From contig JBGQEL010000013.1 in NCBI GenBank assembly GCA_041496385.1, forward strand, positions 1-64,000: DNA of 64,000 nucleotides, given 5' to 3'. The notes below the pieces were generated by a model, which ran no database searches, was not told the origin of the DNA, and saw only the letters and a list, made by a program, of their open reading frames with translations. The position numbers were made by a program, and so were the translations under genes. How positions within the stretch are numbered: the stretch's first letter is position 1; each line of letters opens with the position of its first letter. This DNA is from Candidatus Methylomirabilia bacterium. GTDB lineage: Bacteria > Methylomirabilota > Methylomirabilia > Rokubacteriales > CSP1-6. Below are positions 26,622 through 36,954 of the stretch, piece after piece.

Positions 26622-26879
26622 CTACGCGCCCGGGGGGCCGAGACGCTCGGCGAGCCGGCGCGCGACGGTGTCGCGCTTCAGGGCGATCACGCAGTCCAGC
26701 ACGTCGCCCGCCGCGGAGTGGATGCGCAGATGGGCGCCGACGAGATCGAGCGCGCTCGCCCGCACCTCGGTCTCGAGGCTCACGATCTCGCGCAGGACGC
26801 GCGCGATGGACTGGTCGGCCTGGGCCACGTGGACGATCGCGTCCACGTACTCGTCGTCGCTCAGCGTCACGGGGGTCAT
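26622..26879 (-). CDS. hypothetical protein (85 aa)
   Basis: ATGA overlap with metG; helical, coding-like codons. Confidence 0.7.
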   Translation of the reverse strand: MTPVTLSDDEYVDAIVHVAQADQSIARVLREIVSLETEVRASALDLVGAHLRIHSAAGDVLDCVIALKRDTVARRLAERLGPPGA

Positions 26880-28816
26880 CGGACCTTCGCCCCGGGCGGC
26901 AGGTCGCGGTCGAGCGTGAGCACCGCGAGCTTGCCGTCGGCCGAGCCCGCCAACACCATGCCGTTGGACTCGACCCCCATGAGCTTCGCCGGCTCGAGGT
27001 TCGCGACGACGACGACCTTCTTCCCGACGAGGTCGGCCGGCGCGTAGTGCTCGGCGATCCCCGCGACGAGCGTGCGCTGCTCGGTGCCGAGCGACACCGT
27101 GAGCTTCAGGAGCTTCTTGGACTTGGGCACGGGCTCGGCGGCCACGATCTCGGCCACGCGCAGCTCGACCTTGCCGAAGTCGTCGATGGTGATCCGCGAG
27201 CCCGCGGCGACCGGCGCGCCCGGCGCGGGCGCCACCGGCTTCCTGTCCTCCACGCGCGGGAAGAGCCCGGAGAGCTTCTGCACCCGCGTCCCCGGGGTCA
27301 GGCGCCCCCATTCCGCGTCACTCAGCCGTGGCTCACCCGTCGAGCCGAGCGCCCCACGAACACGGCCGGCCGCCTCCGGAACGAACGGCGTCAGCACGAC
27401 CCCGAGACACCACAGCGCCTGGCCGAGGTCGTACAGGGCATGGCCCTGCTGCCCGCGCGCGACGTCGTTCACGGGGCGCGTCCAGGGCTGCGTCGTGTCG
27501 ACGTAGCGGTTCACCGCGCCGATGAAGTCCCAGATCGCGGCGAGCGCGCGCTGGAACGCGAACTCGCGCATCGCCGCGTCCACGACGCCGCGCGACTTCT
27601 CCCAGGCGCCCTTCAGGTCCCCCCCGAACGCGTGCTCGCCACCCGGCGCGAAGGCGCCCGCGGTCGCCGGCAGCGTGCCGTCGCCGTGGCTCGCGATGAG
27701 CGTCGTCGCGCGCGCGACGAGATTGCCGAGGTCGTTCGCCAGGTCCGCGTTGAGCCGCCCGACGAACGCCTGCTCGGAGAAGTCGGAGTCGAGGCCGAAC
27801 GTCATCTCGCGCATGACGAAGTAGCGGAACGCGTCGTTGCCGACGGGCCCGTATCTCGCCGCGAACGCGCGCGGCTCGATGACGTTGCCGAGCGACTTCG
27901 ACATCTTCTGGCCCTCGACCGTCCAGTAGGCGTGGACGTTGAGGCGCGTGTACAGGTACGCCTCGCGCGGCTTGCCGTCGGCCGTCGCGAGCGCCGCGAG
28001 CATGCAGGGCCAGTAGACCGCGTGCGGCTTCAGGATGTCCTTGCCGATCAGGTGCTGGGCGTGCGGCCAGTACTTCTCGAAACGCGGGGCTCCGGGCCCG
28101 CCGAGCGCCGAGACGTAGTTGATCAGCGCGTCGAACCAGACGTAGGTCACGAACTTGTCGTCGAACGGCAACGGCACGCCCCACTCGAGGCGCGTGCGCG
28201 GCCGGCTGATCGACAGGTCGGTGAGCGGATCGCGCAGGAAGCCCAGGATCTCGTTCCGGTAGCGTTCGGGCCGGATGAAGTCCGGGTGGCGCTCCACGTG
28301 CTCGATCAGCCACGGCTGGTACTTCGACATCTTGAAGAAGTAGTTCTCCTCCTCGATCCACGTGAGCGGCGTCAGGTGGTCGGGGCACTTGCCGTCGACG
28401 ATCTCCTTCTCGGTGTAGAAGCGCTCGCAGCCGAAGCAGTAGTGGCCGCCGTACGCGCCGAGATAGATCTCGCCCGCGTCCCAGAGCTTCTGGAGGATCG
28501 CCTGCACGACCGTCGTGTGACGCCTCTCGGTCGTCCGGATGTAATCGTCGTTGGTGATGCCGATCGCCCGCCACGTCTCCCGGAAGGCGTTCGAGATCCG
28601 GTCGGCGTACGCCTGCGGCGGCACCCCCGCCTTGGCGGCCTCCTGCGCGATCTTGTCGCCGTGCTCGTCGGTGCCCGTGAGGAACCAGACGTCGTCGCCG
28701 GCGAGCCGGTGGTACCGCGCCATCGCGTCGGCGACGATCGTCGTGTAGGCGTGGCCGAGGTGCGGCAGCGCGTTCACGTAGTAGATCGGAGTGGTCAGGT
28801 AGAACGTGCCGCTCAC
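26876..28816 (-). CDS. metG: methionine--tRNA ligase with C-terminal tRNA-binding domain
   Basis: TTPIYYVN..PHLGH, GTDEHG, CFGC..CPDH, YVWFDAL, GKDI, KMSKS, SNGMVL. Confidence 0.96.
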   Translation of the reverse strand: MSGTFYLTTPIYYVNALPHLGHAYTTIVADAMARYHRLAGDDVWFLTGTDEHGDKIAQEAAKAGVPPQAYADRISNAFRETWRAIGITNDDYIRTTERRHTTVVQAILQKLWDAGEIYLGAYGGHYCFGCERFYTEKEIVDGKCPDHLTPLTWIEEENYFFKMSKYQPWLIEHVERHPDFIRPERYRNEILGFLRDPLTDLSISRPRTRLEWGVPLPFDDKFVTYVWFDALINYVSALGGPGAPRFEKYWPHAQHLIGKDILKPHAVYWPCMLAALATADGKPREAYLYTRLNVHAYWTVEGQKMSKSLGNVIEPRAFAARYGPVGNDAFRYFVMREMTFGLDSDFSEQAFVGRLNADLANDLGNLVARATTLIASHGDGTLPATAGAFAPGGEHAFGGDLKGAWEKSRGVVDAAMREFAFQRALAAIWDFIGAVNRYVDTTQPWTRPVNDVARGQQGHALYDLGQALWCLGVVLTPFVPEAAGRVRGALGSTGEPRLSDAEWGRLTPGTRVQKLSGLFPRVEDRKPVAPAPGAPVAAGSRITIDDFGKVELRVAEIVAAEPVPKSKKLLKLTVSLGTEQRTLVAGIAEHYAPADLVGKKVVVVANLEPAKLMGVESNGMVLAGSADGKLAVLTLDRDLPPGAKVR

Positions 28817-29664
28817 GCGCCCTCGCCCGCCGGCTTGACGTGCTCCCGCCCCTCCCAGGTGAGCAGGTCGAGCGGCACCTCGGCCTCCGTCCCGTCCGGG
28901 AAGCCGACGATCACCGACTGCTTCAGCACGCGAAGCGACCGCACCTTGCCGGTCATGCAGCCCCCGCCGCCGCAGTCGGCCTGGCAGGCCGAGTTGACCC
29001 GCGGCAGGCGCGCGCGCAGCTCCTGGTACGTGGAGAACTCGTAGAGCAGGCAGCACTTGAGCCGGCCGCAGTTCCCCAGCAACCGGCTGTCGGTCAGCGG
29101 CATGTCCTGCGCCTTGGCCATCTTCACCGAGATCGGCTCGAACCGGCGCAGGTGCGACGAGCAGCAGAGCTGGCGCCCGCACGGCCCGATGCCGTCCATC
29201 ACCTTCGTGGTGTCGCGCGCGCCGATCTGCCGCATCTCGACGCGCGCGTGGAACTCGCGCGCGAGGTCGCGCACCAGCTCGCGGAAGTCCACGCGCGTCT
29301 CGGCGCTGAAGGACACCGTCACGCGCCGCGCCGCGGGCTGCATCTCGACGTCCACGACCTTCATCGCGAGGCCGCGCCCGCGCGCCATCTGCTGGCAGGT
29401 CGCGACCGCGGCCTCCTCGCGCGCGTGCCGCTCGCGGTACTCGCGCGCCTCGGCGTCGGTGGCGGGCCGGAGGACGCGATGATAGAGGCGGTCGCGCTTG
29501 AACTCGGGGAGCAGTCGCTTGGGCCGGCGCACCTCGCCGACCGCCGTCCCGCCCGACGTCTCCACCAGGACCAGGTCGCCCACGTGGGCGTCGAGGCCGG
29601 CCAGCTTGTAGTCGTCGGCCTGCGCGGGCGCGCGCAGCCGCACGCCGATCAGGTACTCGTCCAT
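28813..29664 (-). CDS. ricT: PSP1/YaaT family Fe-S regulatory protein
   Basis: RVDFRELVRDL, RQIGARD, GIGPCGRQLCC, GNCGRLKCCL. Confidence 0.9.
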   Translation of the reverse strand: MDEYLIGVRLRAPAQADDYKLAGLDAHVGDLVLVETSGGTAVGEVRRPKRLLPEFKRDRLYHRVLRPATDAEAREYRERHAREEAAVATCQQMARGRGLAMKVVDVEMQPAARRVTVSFSAETRVDFRELVRDLAREFHARVEMRQIGARDTTKVMDGIGPCGRQLCCSSHLRRFEPISVKMAKAQDMPLTDSRLLGNCGRLKCCLLYEFSTYQELRARLPRVNSACQADCGGGGCMTGKVRSLRVLKQSVIVGFPDGTEAEVPLDLLTWEGREHVKPAGEGA

Positions 29665-29674
29665 GGGTCTATCC

Positions 29675-30556
29675 TCATGCCGCCCGGAGGGCGAAGCGGC
29701 TCAGGAGCAGCTCGATGGTGAGGCGCGGCGTCACGTTGCGCAGGAGCGCCTCGCGCGCGCGCCGGCAGAGATCGATGGCGCCCAGCAGCTCGTCCAGCGT
29801 CCACGTCGGCGCCTCGCGCGCGAGCGCCTCCGCGCGGTCCCTGTGGACGAGCAGGCCGGCGGGCGCCCCGGCCCAGGCGAGGAGCAGGTCGCGCGCCCAG
29901 AGCCAGTAGGCGTCCACGAGGGCTTCGGCCTTCTCGCGGTCCATGCGCTCGGCGCGCCGGAACATCTCGCCGGCGCCCTTCGCCCGGACCTCGTCGAGCA
30001 GCGTGAGAGCCTGGGCGCGGACCGCCGCCGCGGCGTCGTCGCCGCGCGGCTCGAAGCGCACGCGCTGGCAGCGCGAGAGCACGGTCGCCGGCAGCGCGCG
30101 CGCCCGTGGAAGGATCAGGATCAGCACGGTCGACGCCGGCGGCTCCTCGAACAATTTCAAGATGGCATGCGGGGTCTCGCCGGTCATCCGCTCGGCCTCG
30201 TCCAGCACGAAGACCTTGCGGCGCGCCATCACGGGCCGGAGCGACGCCTGGCGCTCGAGCTCCCGGATCGCGCCGATACGGATCGCGCGCGCACCCTTCG
30301 GGTTCGACTCGGGCGGCGTCGGCGCGATCAGGTGGAGGTCGGGGTGCGTGCGCGCCGCGGCGAGCCGGCAGGCGTTGCAGGCGCCGCAGCCGCCCGCGGG
30401 GCAGAGCAGCGCTCCGGCGAAGGCGAGCGCCGTCGTGAGGCGCCCGGCGCCCCTCGGACCGACGAACGCGTACGCGTGCGCGACGCGCCCGCGCTCGAGC
30501 GCGCGCCGGAGTAGCGCGACCGCCCGCGGCTGGCCCTCGATCGCGTCAAGCGCCAC
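29675..30556 (-). CDS. holB: DNA polymerase III delta' subunit
   Basis: HAYAFVGP.G.G, C..CGACNAC, HPD, DEAERM, LKLFEEPP, TVLSRC; tmk-holB synteny. Confidence 0.9.
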   Translation of the reverse strand: MALDAIEGQPRAVALLRRALERGRVAHAYAFVGPRGAGRLTTALAFAGALLCPAGGCGACNACRLAAARTHPDLHLIAPTPPESNPKGARAIRIGAIRELERQASLRPVMARRKVFVLDEAERMTGETPHAILKLFEEPPASTVLILILPRARALPATVLSRCQRVRFEPRGDDAAAAVRAQALTLLDEVRAKGAGEMFRRAERMDREKAEALVDAYWLWARDLLLAWAGAPAGLLVHRDRAEALAREAPTWTLDELLGAIDLCRRAREALLRNVTPRLTIELLLSRFALRAA

Positions 30557-31166
30557 GGAGGAACTCCTCCACCGCCGCCCGCACCTGGCGCGTCACGTCC
30601 GCCGGCGGCAGCGCGGCGCGGATCAGCCGCACGCGCTTGGGCTCGGCGCGCCGGATCTCGAGGTAGCCCCTCCGCACGCGGCGATGAAAGGCGAGCTTCT
30701 CCCGCTCGAAGTGATCGAGCCGGCGGCGGCCGATGCGCCGGAGGCCCGTCGCGGGGTCGAGGTCGAAGAGCAGGGTGAGATCCGGCAGCACGCCGCCCGT
30801 CGCGCGCACGTTCAGCTCGCGGACGAGGTCGGGATCCACGCCGCGGCCGTAGCCCTGATAGGCAACCGTTGCGTCGGCGTACCGGTCGGAGAGCACGACG
30901 CGCCCGCGCTCGAGCCACGGACGGATCTTCTCGACGACGTGCTGGTGGCGCGCGGCCATGAACAGGAAGACCTCGACGAGGGGCTCGGGCCTCACGCCCG
31001 GCCGCTCGAAGAGCCGGCGCACCGCGGCGCCCAGGCGGGTGCCGTCGGGCTCGCGCGTCCGCTCGACGCGGTGTCCCCTCGCACGGAGCCAGCGCTCGAG
31101 TCGGAGCAGCTGGGTCGTCTTGCCCGAGCCCTCCACACCCTCGAACGTGATGAGCGCGCCACTCAC
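30546..31166 (-). CDS. tmk: thymidylate kinase
   Basis: ITFEGVEGSGKTTQ, TREP, DRY, AYQG, PDLT. Confidence 0.95.
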   Translation of the reverse strand: MSGALITFEGVEGSGKTTQLLRLERWLRARGHRVERTREPDGTRLGAAVRRLFERPGVRPEPLVEVFLFMAARHQHVVEKIRPWLERGRVVLSDRYADATVAYQGYGRGVDPDLVRELNVRATGGVLPDLTLLFDLDPATGLRRIGRRRLDHFEREKLAFHRRVRRGYLEIRRAEPKRVRLIRAALPPADVTRQVRAAVEEFLRGA

Positions 31167-31229
31167 GTCACCGAACCTCCCGGCACAAGAATACGCGACT
31201 CTAGCGCGCCAGGCGAATCCCGCCCCGGG

Positions 31230-31535
31230 TCAGGACGGTGTCCCACCTTCGGCGCGCGGCTCCCGCGCGGTCTCCGCGGCCGCCAGGCGGGACTCGGCCG
31301 CCGCGAGGCGCGCCTCGAGCCCGCGCAGCCGCGCGCGCAGCCGCCAGCGCTCGACCCAGAGGGGCACGCCGACCAGCACGATGCCGCACGCGACGGACAG
31401 GAGAATCACGCTCGCCAGCGACACCGCGCCCAGCGTCCAGAGCAGGAAGCGGATCGACGTCGGCGCGCTGTTCTGGAGCGCGAAGACGATGACGCCCGCG
31501 GCAACGACCACCACGAACGCGTACTTGAAGCGCAT
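31230..31535 (-). CDS. LapA/DUF1049 family membrane protein
   Basis: VFALQN, second TM, C-terminal coiled coil; SD GGGAGG. Confidence 0.8.
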   Translation of the reverse strand: MRFKYAFVVVVAAGVIVFALQNSAPTSIRFLLWTLGAVSLASVILLSVACGIVLVGVPLWVERWRLRARLRGLEARLAAAESRLAAAETAREPRAEGGTPS

Positions 31536-31567
31536 GCCCCACCTCCCGCGACCCGCGATGTGCGGCC

Positions 31568-32389
31568 TCAGTCCTTCACGGCGCCCGCCAGCAGGCCGCT
31601 GACCAGGAAGCGCTGCAACCCGACGACGATCAGCACCGGCGGCAGGCTCGCCAGCATCGAGGCGGCGGCGATGTCGCCCCACGGGACCTCGTACACGCCG
31701 GGAAAGAGCGCCAGCGCCACCGGGATCGTCCGGCTCGCCTCGGACGCCGTGAACGTGTAGGCGAAGAGGAACTCGTTCCAGCTGAACAGAAACGTGAGCA
31801 GCGCCGCGGAGGCGAGCCCGGGCGCGAGCAGCGGCAGGAGAACCCAGCGGACGGCGGCGAGCCACCCCGCGCCGTCCACGGCGGCGGCCTCGTCCGTCTC
31901 GATCGGGATCTCGCGGATGAACCCGGCGAGGAGCCAGATGGTGAGCGGCAGCGCGAAGGACGCGTGCACCAGGACGAGCCCCGTCCACGTGTCGCGCAGC
32001 GCGAGGGCGCGCAGCAGCAGGTAGAGCGGGCTCACCGTCGCGATCTGCGGGAACGCGGTGGACGCGACGATGACCAGGAGCAGCGCGCGCGTGCCGGGCA
32101 CCGCGAGCCGGGCGAGCGCGTAGGCGGCCGGGAGCCCGAGCGCCAGCGCGAGGAGCGTCGTGAGGGCCGCGATCCCCAGGCTGTTCCAGAGCGCCTGCGG
32201 AATCAGGCTCTGGGCGAGCACGACGCGATAGTGTTCGAGCGTGAGCCGGCTGGGCAGGAGCGGCGGCAGCCGCAGGAGCTCGGCCTCCGGCTTGAGCGAC
32301 GTCAGGAGCTGCCAGAAGAAGGGCACCGCGTAGGCGGCGAGCGCCAGCAGCACCAGGGCGTCGGCGAGCGCCGGGCCGGCGCGTCTCAT
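31568..32389 (-). CDS. carbohydrate ABC transporter permease (MalG type)
   Basis: EAAAVDGA motif, SWNEFLFA, RTIPV. Confidence 0.9.
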   Translation of the reverse strand: MRRAGPALADALVLLALAAYAVPFFWQLLTSLKPEAELLRLPPLLPSRLTLEHYRVVLAQSLIPQALWNSLGIAALTTLLALALGLPAAYALARLAVPGTRALLLVIVASTAFPQIATVSPLYLLLRALALRDTWTGLVLVHASFALPLTIWLLAGFIREIPIETDEAAAVDGAGWLAAVRWVLLPLLAPGLASAALLTFLFSWNEFLFAYTFTASEASRTIPVALALFPGVYEVPWGDIAAASMLASLPPVLIVVGLQRFLVSGLLAGAVKD

Positions 32390-33258
32390 CCCGCCGGCGC
32401 CGCCGCGCGTCCGAGGCGCAGGTACGCCCAGGCGACGGCCATGACGAGGACGAAGACGACGACGCCGAGCGCCGCGCCGAAGCCGAGCTGGAGCATCTGG
32501 AAGAGACTCCGGTACGCGTACACGGTCAGCGTCTCCGTGGCACCCGCCGGACCGCCGCCGGTCAGCACGAACATGATGTCGAACGCGCGCAGCGCGGCGA
32601 GCGTCCGGAACAGAAGCGCCAGGAGCAGGATCCGGGCGAGCAGCGGCAGCGTGATGCGCCCGAGCGTGGCGAGCCGGCCCGCGCCGTCCACCTGGGCGGC
32701 CTCGTAGAGCTCGGCGGGGATCGCCAGGAGCCGCGCGTAGCAGAGGAGCGCCACGAACGGCATCGCGCGCCAGACGTCGGCGAGGACGACGGCCGCGAGC
32801 GCGAGCCGCGGGTCGCCGAGCCAGTTCAGCGCCCGGCCGCCGAGCGCCACGTTGATCAGGCCCGCCGCCGGGTGATAGAGCCACTCGAAGAGCTTCGCCG
32901 TCACGACCGCGGGCATCGCCCAGGCGAGCAGCAGCAGCGAGAGGGCCAGGCGCCGGCCCCGGCGTTGGCGGGCGAGCGCCAGCGCCACCCCCAGGCCGAG
33001 CGCGAGCTCCAGGGCGACCGAGGCCACGGTGAAGAGCGCGGTCGTCAGCGCCGCGCTCCAGAATCGCGGGTCCACGGCGAGGAACGCGTAGTTGTCGAGC
33101 CCGGCGAACCGCGCCACGCCGAAGATCGGCACGCGGTGCTGGAGCGAGAGCCAGAGCACCCAGACGCCCGGAAACACCGTCAGCACGCCGAGCGCGGCGA
33201 GCGTCGGCGCGAGCAGGGCCAGCCCGAGGCGGCGGTCGGCGCGCGGGCGGGCCGTCAC
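32386..33258 (-). CDS. carbohydrate ABC transporter permease (MalF type)
   Basis: GLDNY, IPAELYEAAQVDGA, LTGGGP. Confidence 0.9.
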   Translation of the reverse strand: MTARPRADRRLGLALLAPTLAALGVLTVFPGVWVLWLSLQHRVPIFGVARFAGLDNYAFLAVDPRFWSAALTTALFTVASVALELALGLGVALALARQRRGRRLALSLLLLAWAMPAVVTAKLFEWLYHPAAGLINVALGGRALNWLGDPRLALAAVVLADVWRAMPFVALLCYARLLAIPAELYEAAQVDGAGRLATLGRITLPLLARILLLALLFRTLAALRAFDIMFVLTGGGPAGATETLTVYAYRSLFQMLQLGFGAALGVVVFVLVMAVAWAYLRLGRAAAPAG

Positions 33259-34541
33259 CGGAGCGCCCCGAGGAAGTGATCCAGGCGCGCACGACCGTCG
33301 GCGATCGCCCGGCGCGCCGGCTTCACGCCCGCGAGCGCCGCCGAGAACTCGGGCTGGAGCGTCGCCGACAGCAGCAGGTAGTAGGGTGTGACGGGCCGCG
33401 GGCGCCCGGCGAGCATGAGCGCGCGGATCCGCGGGAGCGCCGGGCGCCGGCGCACCAGGTCGGGATCGTCGTAGAGGGCCGTCCGCGTCGGCGAGAGCGC
33501 GGCGAGCGCCATCCGCTTTTCCGCGCGCTCGCTCGTGAGGAAGCGCGCCAGCATCACCGCGAGCTCGGGATGACGGCTCCCCCGCGAGACGCCGAGGTGC
33601 GCGCCGCCGGTCGAGCCCGCGCCCCGCGCGCCGCCCGCGCGGCGCGGGAGCGGGGCGATGTCCACCCGCCCGCGGACGGGCGAGTCCGCCGCCTCGAAGA
33701 GGTCGAGCGCGTAGGGCCAGTTCCGGAGAAAGATCGCGTGGCCGTCGCCGAAGGCGCGCCGCGAGAGCTCCTCGTCGGCGGCCGTCGTCCAGGGCGGGCT
33801 CACGCCGCGCTCGATGAGCCCGCGCAGGAACGCGAGCGCCTCGGCCGCGCGCTCGGGCTCCGGGAACAGCGCGCCGTCCTCGGCGAGCAGGCGGGTGCCG
33901 CCAGCCCAGAACACCTCGAGCACGTTCACGACCATGCCCTCGTACTGTTTGCCCTGGAACAGATAGCCGTCGAGCGTCGCGTCACGCTCCCCCGCCCGGA
34001 TCACGCCGACCTGCCGCACGAGCTCGTCCCACGTCTCGGGCGGCGCCAGAGCGTACTTCGCGAGCAGATCGCGCCGGTAGTAGAGGAGGCCGACGTTCAT
34101 GTTCCAGGGCAGCGCCCAGATCCGCCGCGCGTACGTCGCCGCCTCGACCGTGCTCGGGAAGAACGGCGCGAGCTCGTCCGCCGCCAGGTGCGGGGTGAGG
34201 TCGAGGAGCCAGCCCGCGCGCGCGAACTCGGGCACCCAGATCACGTCGAGCATCATCACGTCGAACCCCGGGCTCCGGCCCTCGAGGTTGATGACGTAGA
34301 ACTGGTGCTGCTCGTCCGAGCTCCACGGCAGCGCCTCGCCCCGCACGCGCACGCCCGGGTGCGCGGCCTCGAACTCGCGCAAGAGAGGGGGAAACGGGTC
34401 GTCGGGGCCGAGAATGCGCGCGTACTTCAGGACGAGCGTGACGGGCGTCTCGCGCGCCGGGCCGTCGGCGCAGCCCGCGAGCGCCAGCGTCGCGGCGAGT
34501 AGCAGGATGGCCCGCGCGGCGGGCCTCCGCGGTCGTGGCAA
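33255..34541 (-). CDS. sugar (trehalose/maltose-type) ABC substrate-binding lipoprotein
   Basis: Lipobox LAGC; DVIWVPEFA, QGKQYEG, FLRNWPYA, RPRPVTPYY. Start (TTG 34541) uncertain. Confidence 0.85.
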   Translation of the reverse strand: MPRPRRPAARAILLLAATLALAGCADGPARETPVTLVLKYARILGPDDPFPPLLREFEAAHPGVRVRGEALPWSSDEQHQFYVINLEGRSPGFDVMMLDVIWVPEFARAGWLLDLTPHLAADELAPFFPSTVEAATYARRIWALPWNMNVGLLYYRRDLLAKYALAPPETWDELVRQVGVIRAGERDATLDGYLFQGKQYEGMVVNVLEVFWAGGTRLLAEDGALFPEPERAAEALAFLRGLIERGVSPPWTTAADEELSRRAFGDGHAIFLRNWPYALDLFEAADSPVRGRVDIAPLPRRAGGARGAGSTGGAHLGVSRGSRHPELAVMLARFLTSERAEKRMALAALSPTRTALYDDPDLVRRRPALPRIRALMLAGRPRPVTPYYLLLSATLQPEFSAALAGVKPARRAIADGRARLDHFLGALR

Positions 34542-34545
34542 CGGA

Positions 34546-35250
34546 CTAGAGATGGGTGATCGTCTCGCGCTCCGACCGCTCGCGCTCACGGTGCCGGCGG
34601 TCGAGCACGCGGCCCGCGAGGTGCCGGCCGCCGAGCCCGAACGCCAGCGCCAGCGCGAGCACGAGTCCGCCGAAGAGCACGCCGAAGGCGATCAGCACCA
34701 TGTCGCGGCCGATCCCGATCTCCGTCAGCACCGTCGCGATCGTGAACAGCAGGACGAGCCAGCGGGCCACGCGCCCCAGATGCCGGGCCTCGGGCAGGCC
34801 CGCGTTGACCGCGGCGATCAGCGCCGCCTGGCCCAGGAAGTTCGCGGCGAGCCAGCCCACGACGAGGATCAGGAACGCCGAGAGCAGGCGCGGAAGCACG
34901 CGCACCAGCATCACCGTGGCGCCGGGCGCGCCGGGAATCGCCAGCGCGTCGATCCCCATGGTGGCGAAGAGCGTGAAGGTCCCCCAGAACACGAGGAGTT
35001 TCAGGATCTGAGAGGGCGGCCGGTGCGCGCCCGCGCGCGCGAGTGCCGCCGTGAGCCCCCACGTCCCGCTGCGCTCGTCGAGGTCCGCGGCCCGCGCGAG
35101 CCGCGACACGAGCGCGCCCGCGACCCAGCCGAGGACGGCCCCCAGCATCACGAGGGTGAGCATGGCGAGCACGCTGGGCGCCACCACCCTGAGGGTGGCC
35201 GTCATCTCGCCGATCGCCGTCAAGACGAGGTCGCGCCAGAGGTCGGTCAT
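34546..35250 (-). CDS. MscS-associated TM_helix / CmpX-like membrane protein
   Basis: Two P..L.A..IL..GW repeats; ALALAFGLGG; no MscS beta domain. Confidence 0.75.
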   Translation of the reverse strand: MTDLWRDLVLTAIGEMTATLRVVAPSVLAMLTLVMLGAVLGWVAGALVSRLARAADLDERSGTWGLTAALARAGAHRPPSQILKLLVFWGTFTLFATMGIDALAIPGAPGATVMLVRVLPRLLSAFLILVVGWLAANFLGQAALIAAVNAGLPEARHLGRVARWLVLLFTIATVLTEIGIGRDMVLIAFGVLFGGLVLALALAFGLGGRHLAGRVLDRRHRERERSERETITHL

Positions 35251-35265
35251 GGTCGTCTCGCTCCT

Positions 35266-36954
35266 TCAGACGAGGGCGTCTTCGATCCCATACGACTCGT
35301 CGCCGTCCGTGGGTCGCTCGAGGCGGAACCAGTAGAATCCGTGCGGGCCGAGGCTCAGGAAGTACGGCGTCGGCGGGATGCGCGGGAAGACCGTCCCGCC
35401 GAGCATCTCGACCGGCCGCGTCCCGGCGAACCGCCCGAGGTCGAGCTCCACCGGCTGCGGCGCGCTCGACAGGTTCGCCACGATGAGCAGCGTCTCGCGC
35501 CCGTGCTGGCGCAGGAACGCCAGGATCCGCGGGTTGCGCGGTCGCAAGAACTCGATGCCGCCGCGCCCGAAGACCGCGGACGACCGCCGCGCGGCGATCA
35601 GCCGCCGCATCGTGTTGAGGAGCGAGGTCGGCGTCCGGGTCTGGGCGGCCACGTTCACCGCCTGGTAGCCGAAGACCGGATCGGTGATGACCGGTAGGTA
35701 CAGCCGTCCCTCCTCGGCCGGCGAGAATCCCGCGTTCGCCTCGCCCGACCACTGCATGGGCGTGCGCACGCCGTTGCGATCGCCGAGATAGACGTTGTCG
35801 CCCATCCCGATCTCGTCGCCGTAGTAGATGATCGGGCTCCCCGGGAGGGTCAGCAACAGGCAGTTCAGCAGCTCGATCCGGCGGCGGTCGTTGTCCAGGA
35901 GCGGCGCCAGCCGACGGCGGATTCCGAGGTTCAGCTTCATCTCGGGATCGTGCGCGTAGGCGTAGTACATGAAGGCCCGTTCCTCGTTCGTCACCATCTC
36001 GAGCGTGAGCTCGTCGTGGTTGCGCAGGAAGAGTCCCCACTGGCAGGCCGGCGGGATCGTCGGCGTGTGCGTGAAGATGTCGACGATGGGCAGCCGCTCC
36101 TCGAGCCGGAGCGCCAGATAGAGGCGCGGCATGAGCGGGAAGTGGAACGCCATCTGGAACTCGTCGCCGTCACCGAAGTACGCCCGCACGTCTTCCGGCC
36201 ACTGGTTGGCCTCGGCCAGCAGGAGCCGGTCGCCGCCGTACTCCCCCTCGATGACCGCGCGGAACTCCTTGAGGATCGCGTGGGTCTCCGGGAGGTTCTC
36301 GCAGCTCGTCCCCTCGCGCTCGACGAGATAGGGCACCGCGTCGCACCGGAAGCCGTCGAGCCCGCGATCGAGCCAGAAGCGCATGACGTCGAGCATCGCC
36401 TCGCGCACCCGCGGGTTGTCGTAGTTGAGGTCGGGCTGGTGGCTGAAGAACCGGTGCCAGTAGTACGCCTTGCGCACCGGGTCCCAGGTCCAGTTCGACT
36501 TCTCCGTGTCGACGAAGATGACGCGCGCGTCCCGGTAGCGCTCGTCGGTCGGGCTCCAGACGTAGAAGTCGCGGTACGGCCCGTCGGGCTCGCCGCGCGA
36601 GGCCTGGAACCACGGGTGCTGATCCGACGTGTGGTTGACCACGAGGTCCGCGATGACCCGCAGCCCCCGGGCGTGGGCGGCGTCGAGGAACGTCTGGAAG
36701 TCCTCGACGGTCCCGTACGAGGGGTGGATGGCGTGGAAGTCGGCGATGTCGTAGCCGTCGTCCCTGAGCGGCGACCCGTACATCGGCAGGAGCCACAGGC
36801 AGTCGACGCCGAGCTCCTGCAGATAATCCAGGCGTCCGGTCAGCCCCGTGAAGTCGCCGATCCCATCCCCGTTGCCGTCCATGAACGCCTTCACATGGAT
36901 CTCGTAGAAGACGGCGTCCTTGTACCAGTCGCGCGGCGTGGGCAGCCGGCTCAT
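35266..36954 (-). CDS. treS: trehalose synthase (maltose alpha-D-glucosyltransferase, GH13)
   Basis: [65 protein letters not shown]; no fused maltokinase. Confidence 0.93.
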   Translation of the reverse strand: MSRLPTPRDWYKDAVFYEIHVKAFMDGNGDGIGDFTGLTGRLDYLQELGVDCLWLLPMYGSPLRDDGYDIADFHAIHPSYGTVEDFQTFLDAAHARGLRVIADLVVNHTSDQHPWFQASRGEPDGPYRDFYVWSPTDERYRDARVIFVDTEKSNWTWDPVRKAYYWHRFFSHQPDLNYDNPRVREAMLDVMRFWLDRGLDGFRCDAVPYLVEREGTSCENLPETHAILKEFRAVIEGEYGGDRLLLAEANQWPEDVRAYFGDGDEFQMAFHFPLMPRLYLALRLEERLPIVDIFTHTPTIPPACQWGLFLRNHDELTLEMVTNEERAFMYYAYAHDPEMKLNLGIRRRLAPLLDNDRRRIELLNCLLLTLPGSPIIYYGDEIGMGDNVYLGDRNGVRTPMQWSGEANAGFSPAEEGRLYLPVITDPVFGYQAVNVAAQTRTPTSLLNTMRRLIAARRSSAVFGRGGIEFLRPRNPRILAFLRQHGRETLLIVANLSSAPQPVELDLGRFAGTRPVEMLGGTVFPRIPPTPYFLSLGPHGFYWFRLERPTDGDESYGIEDALV

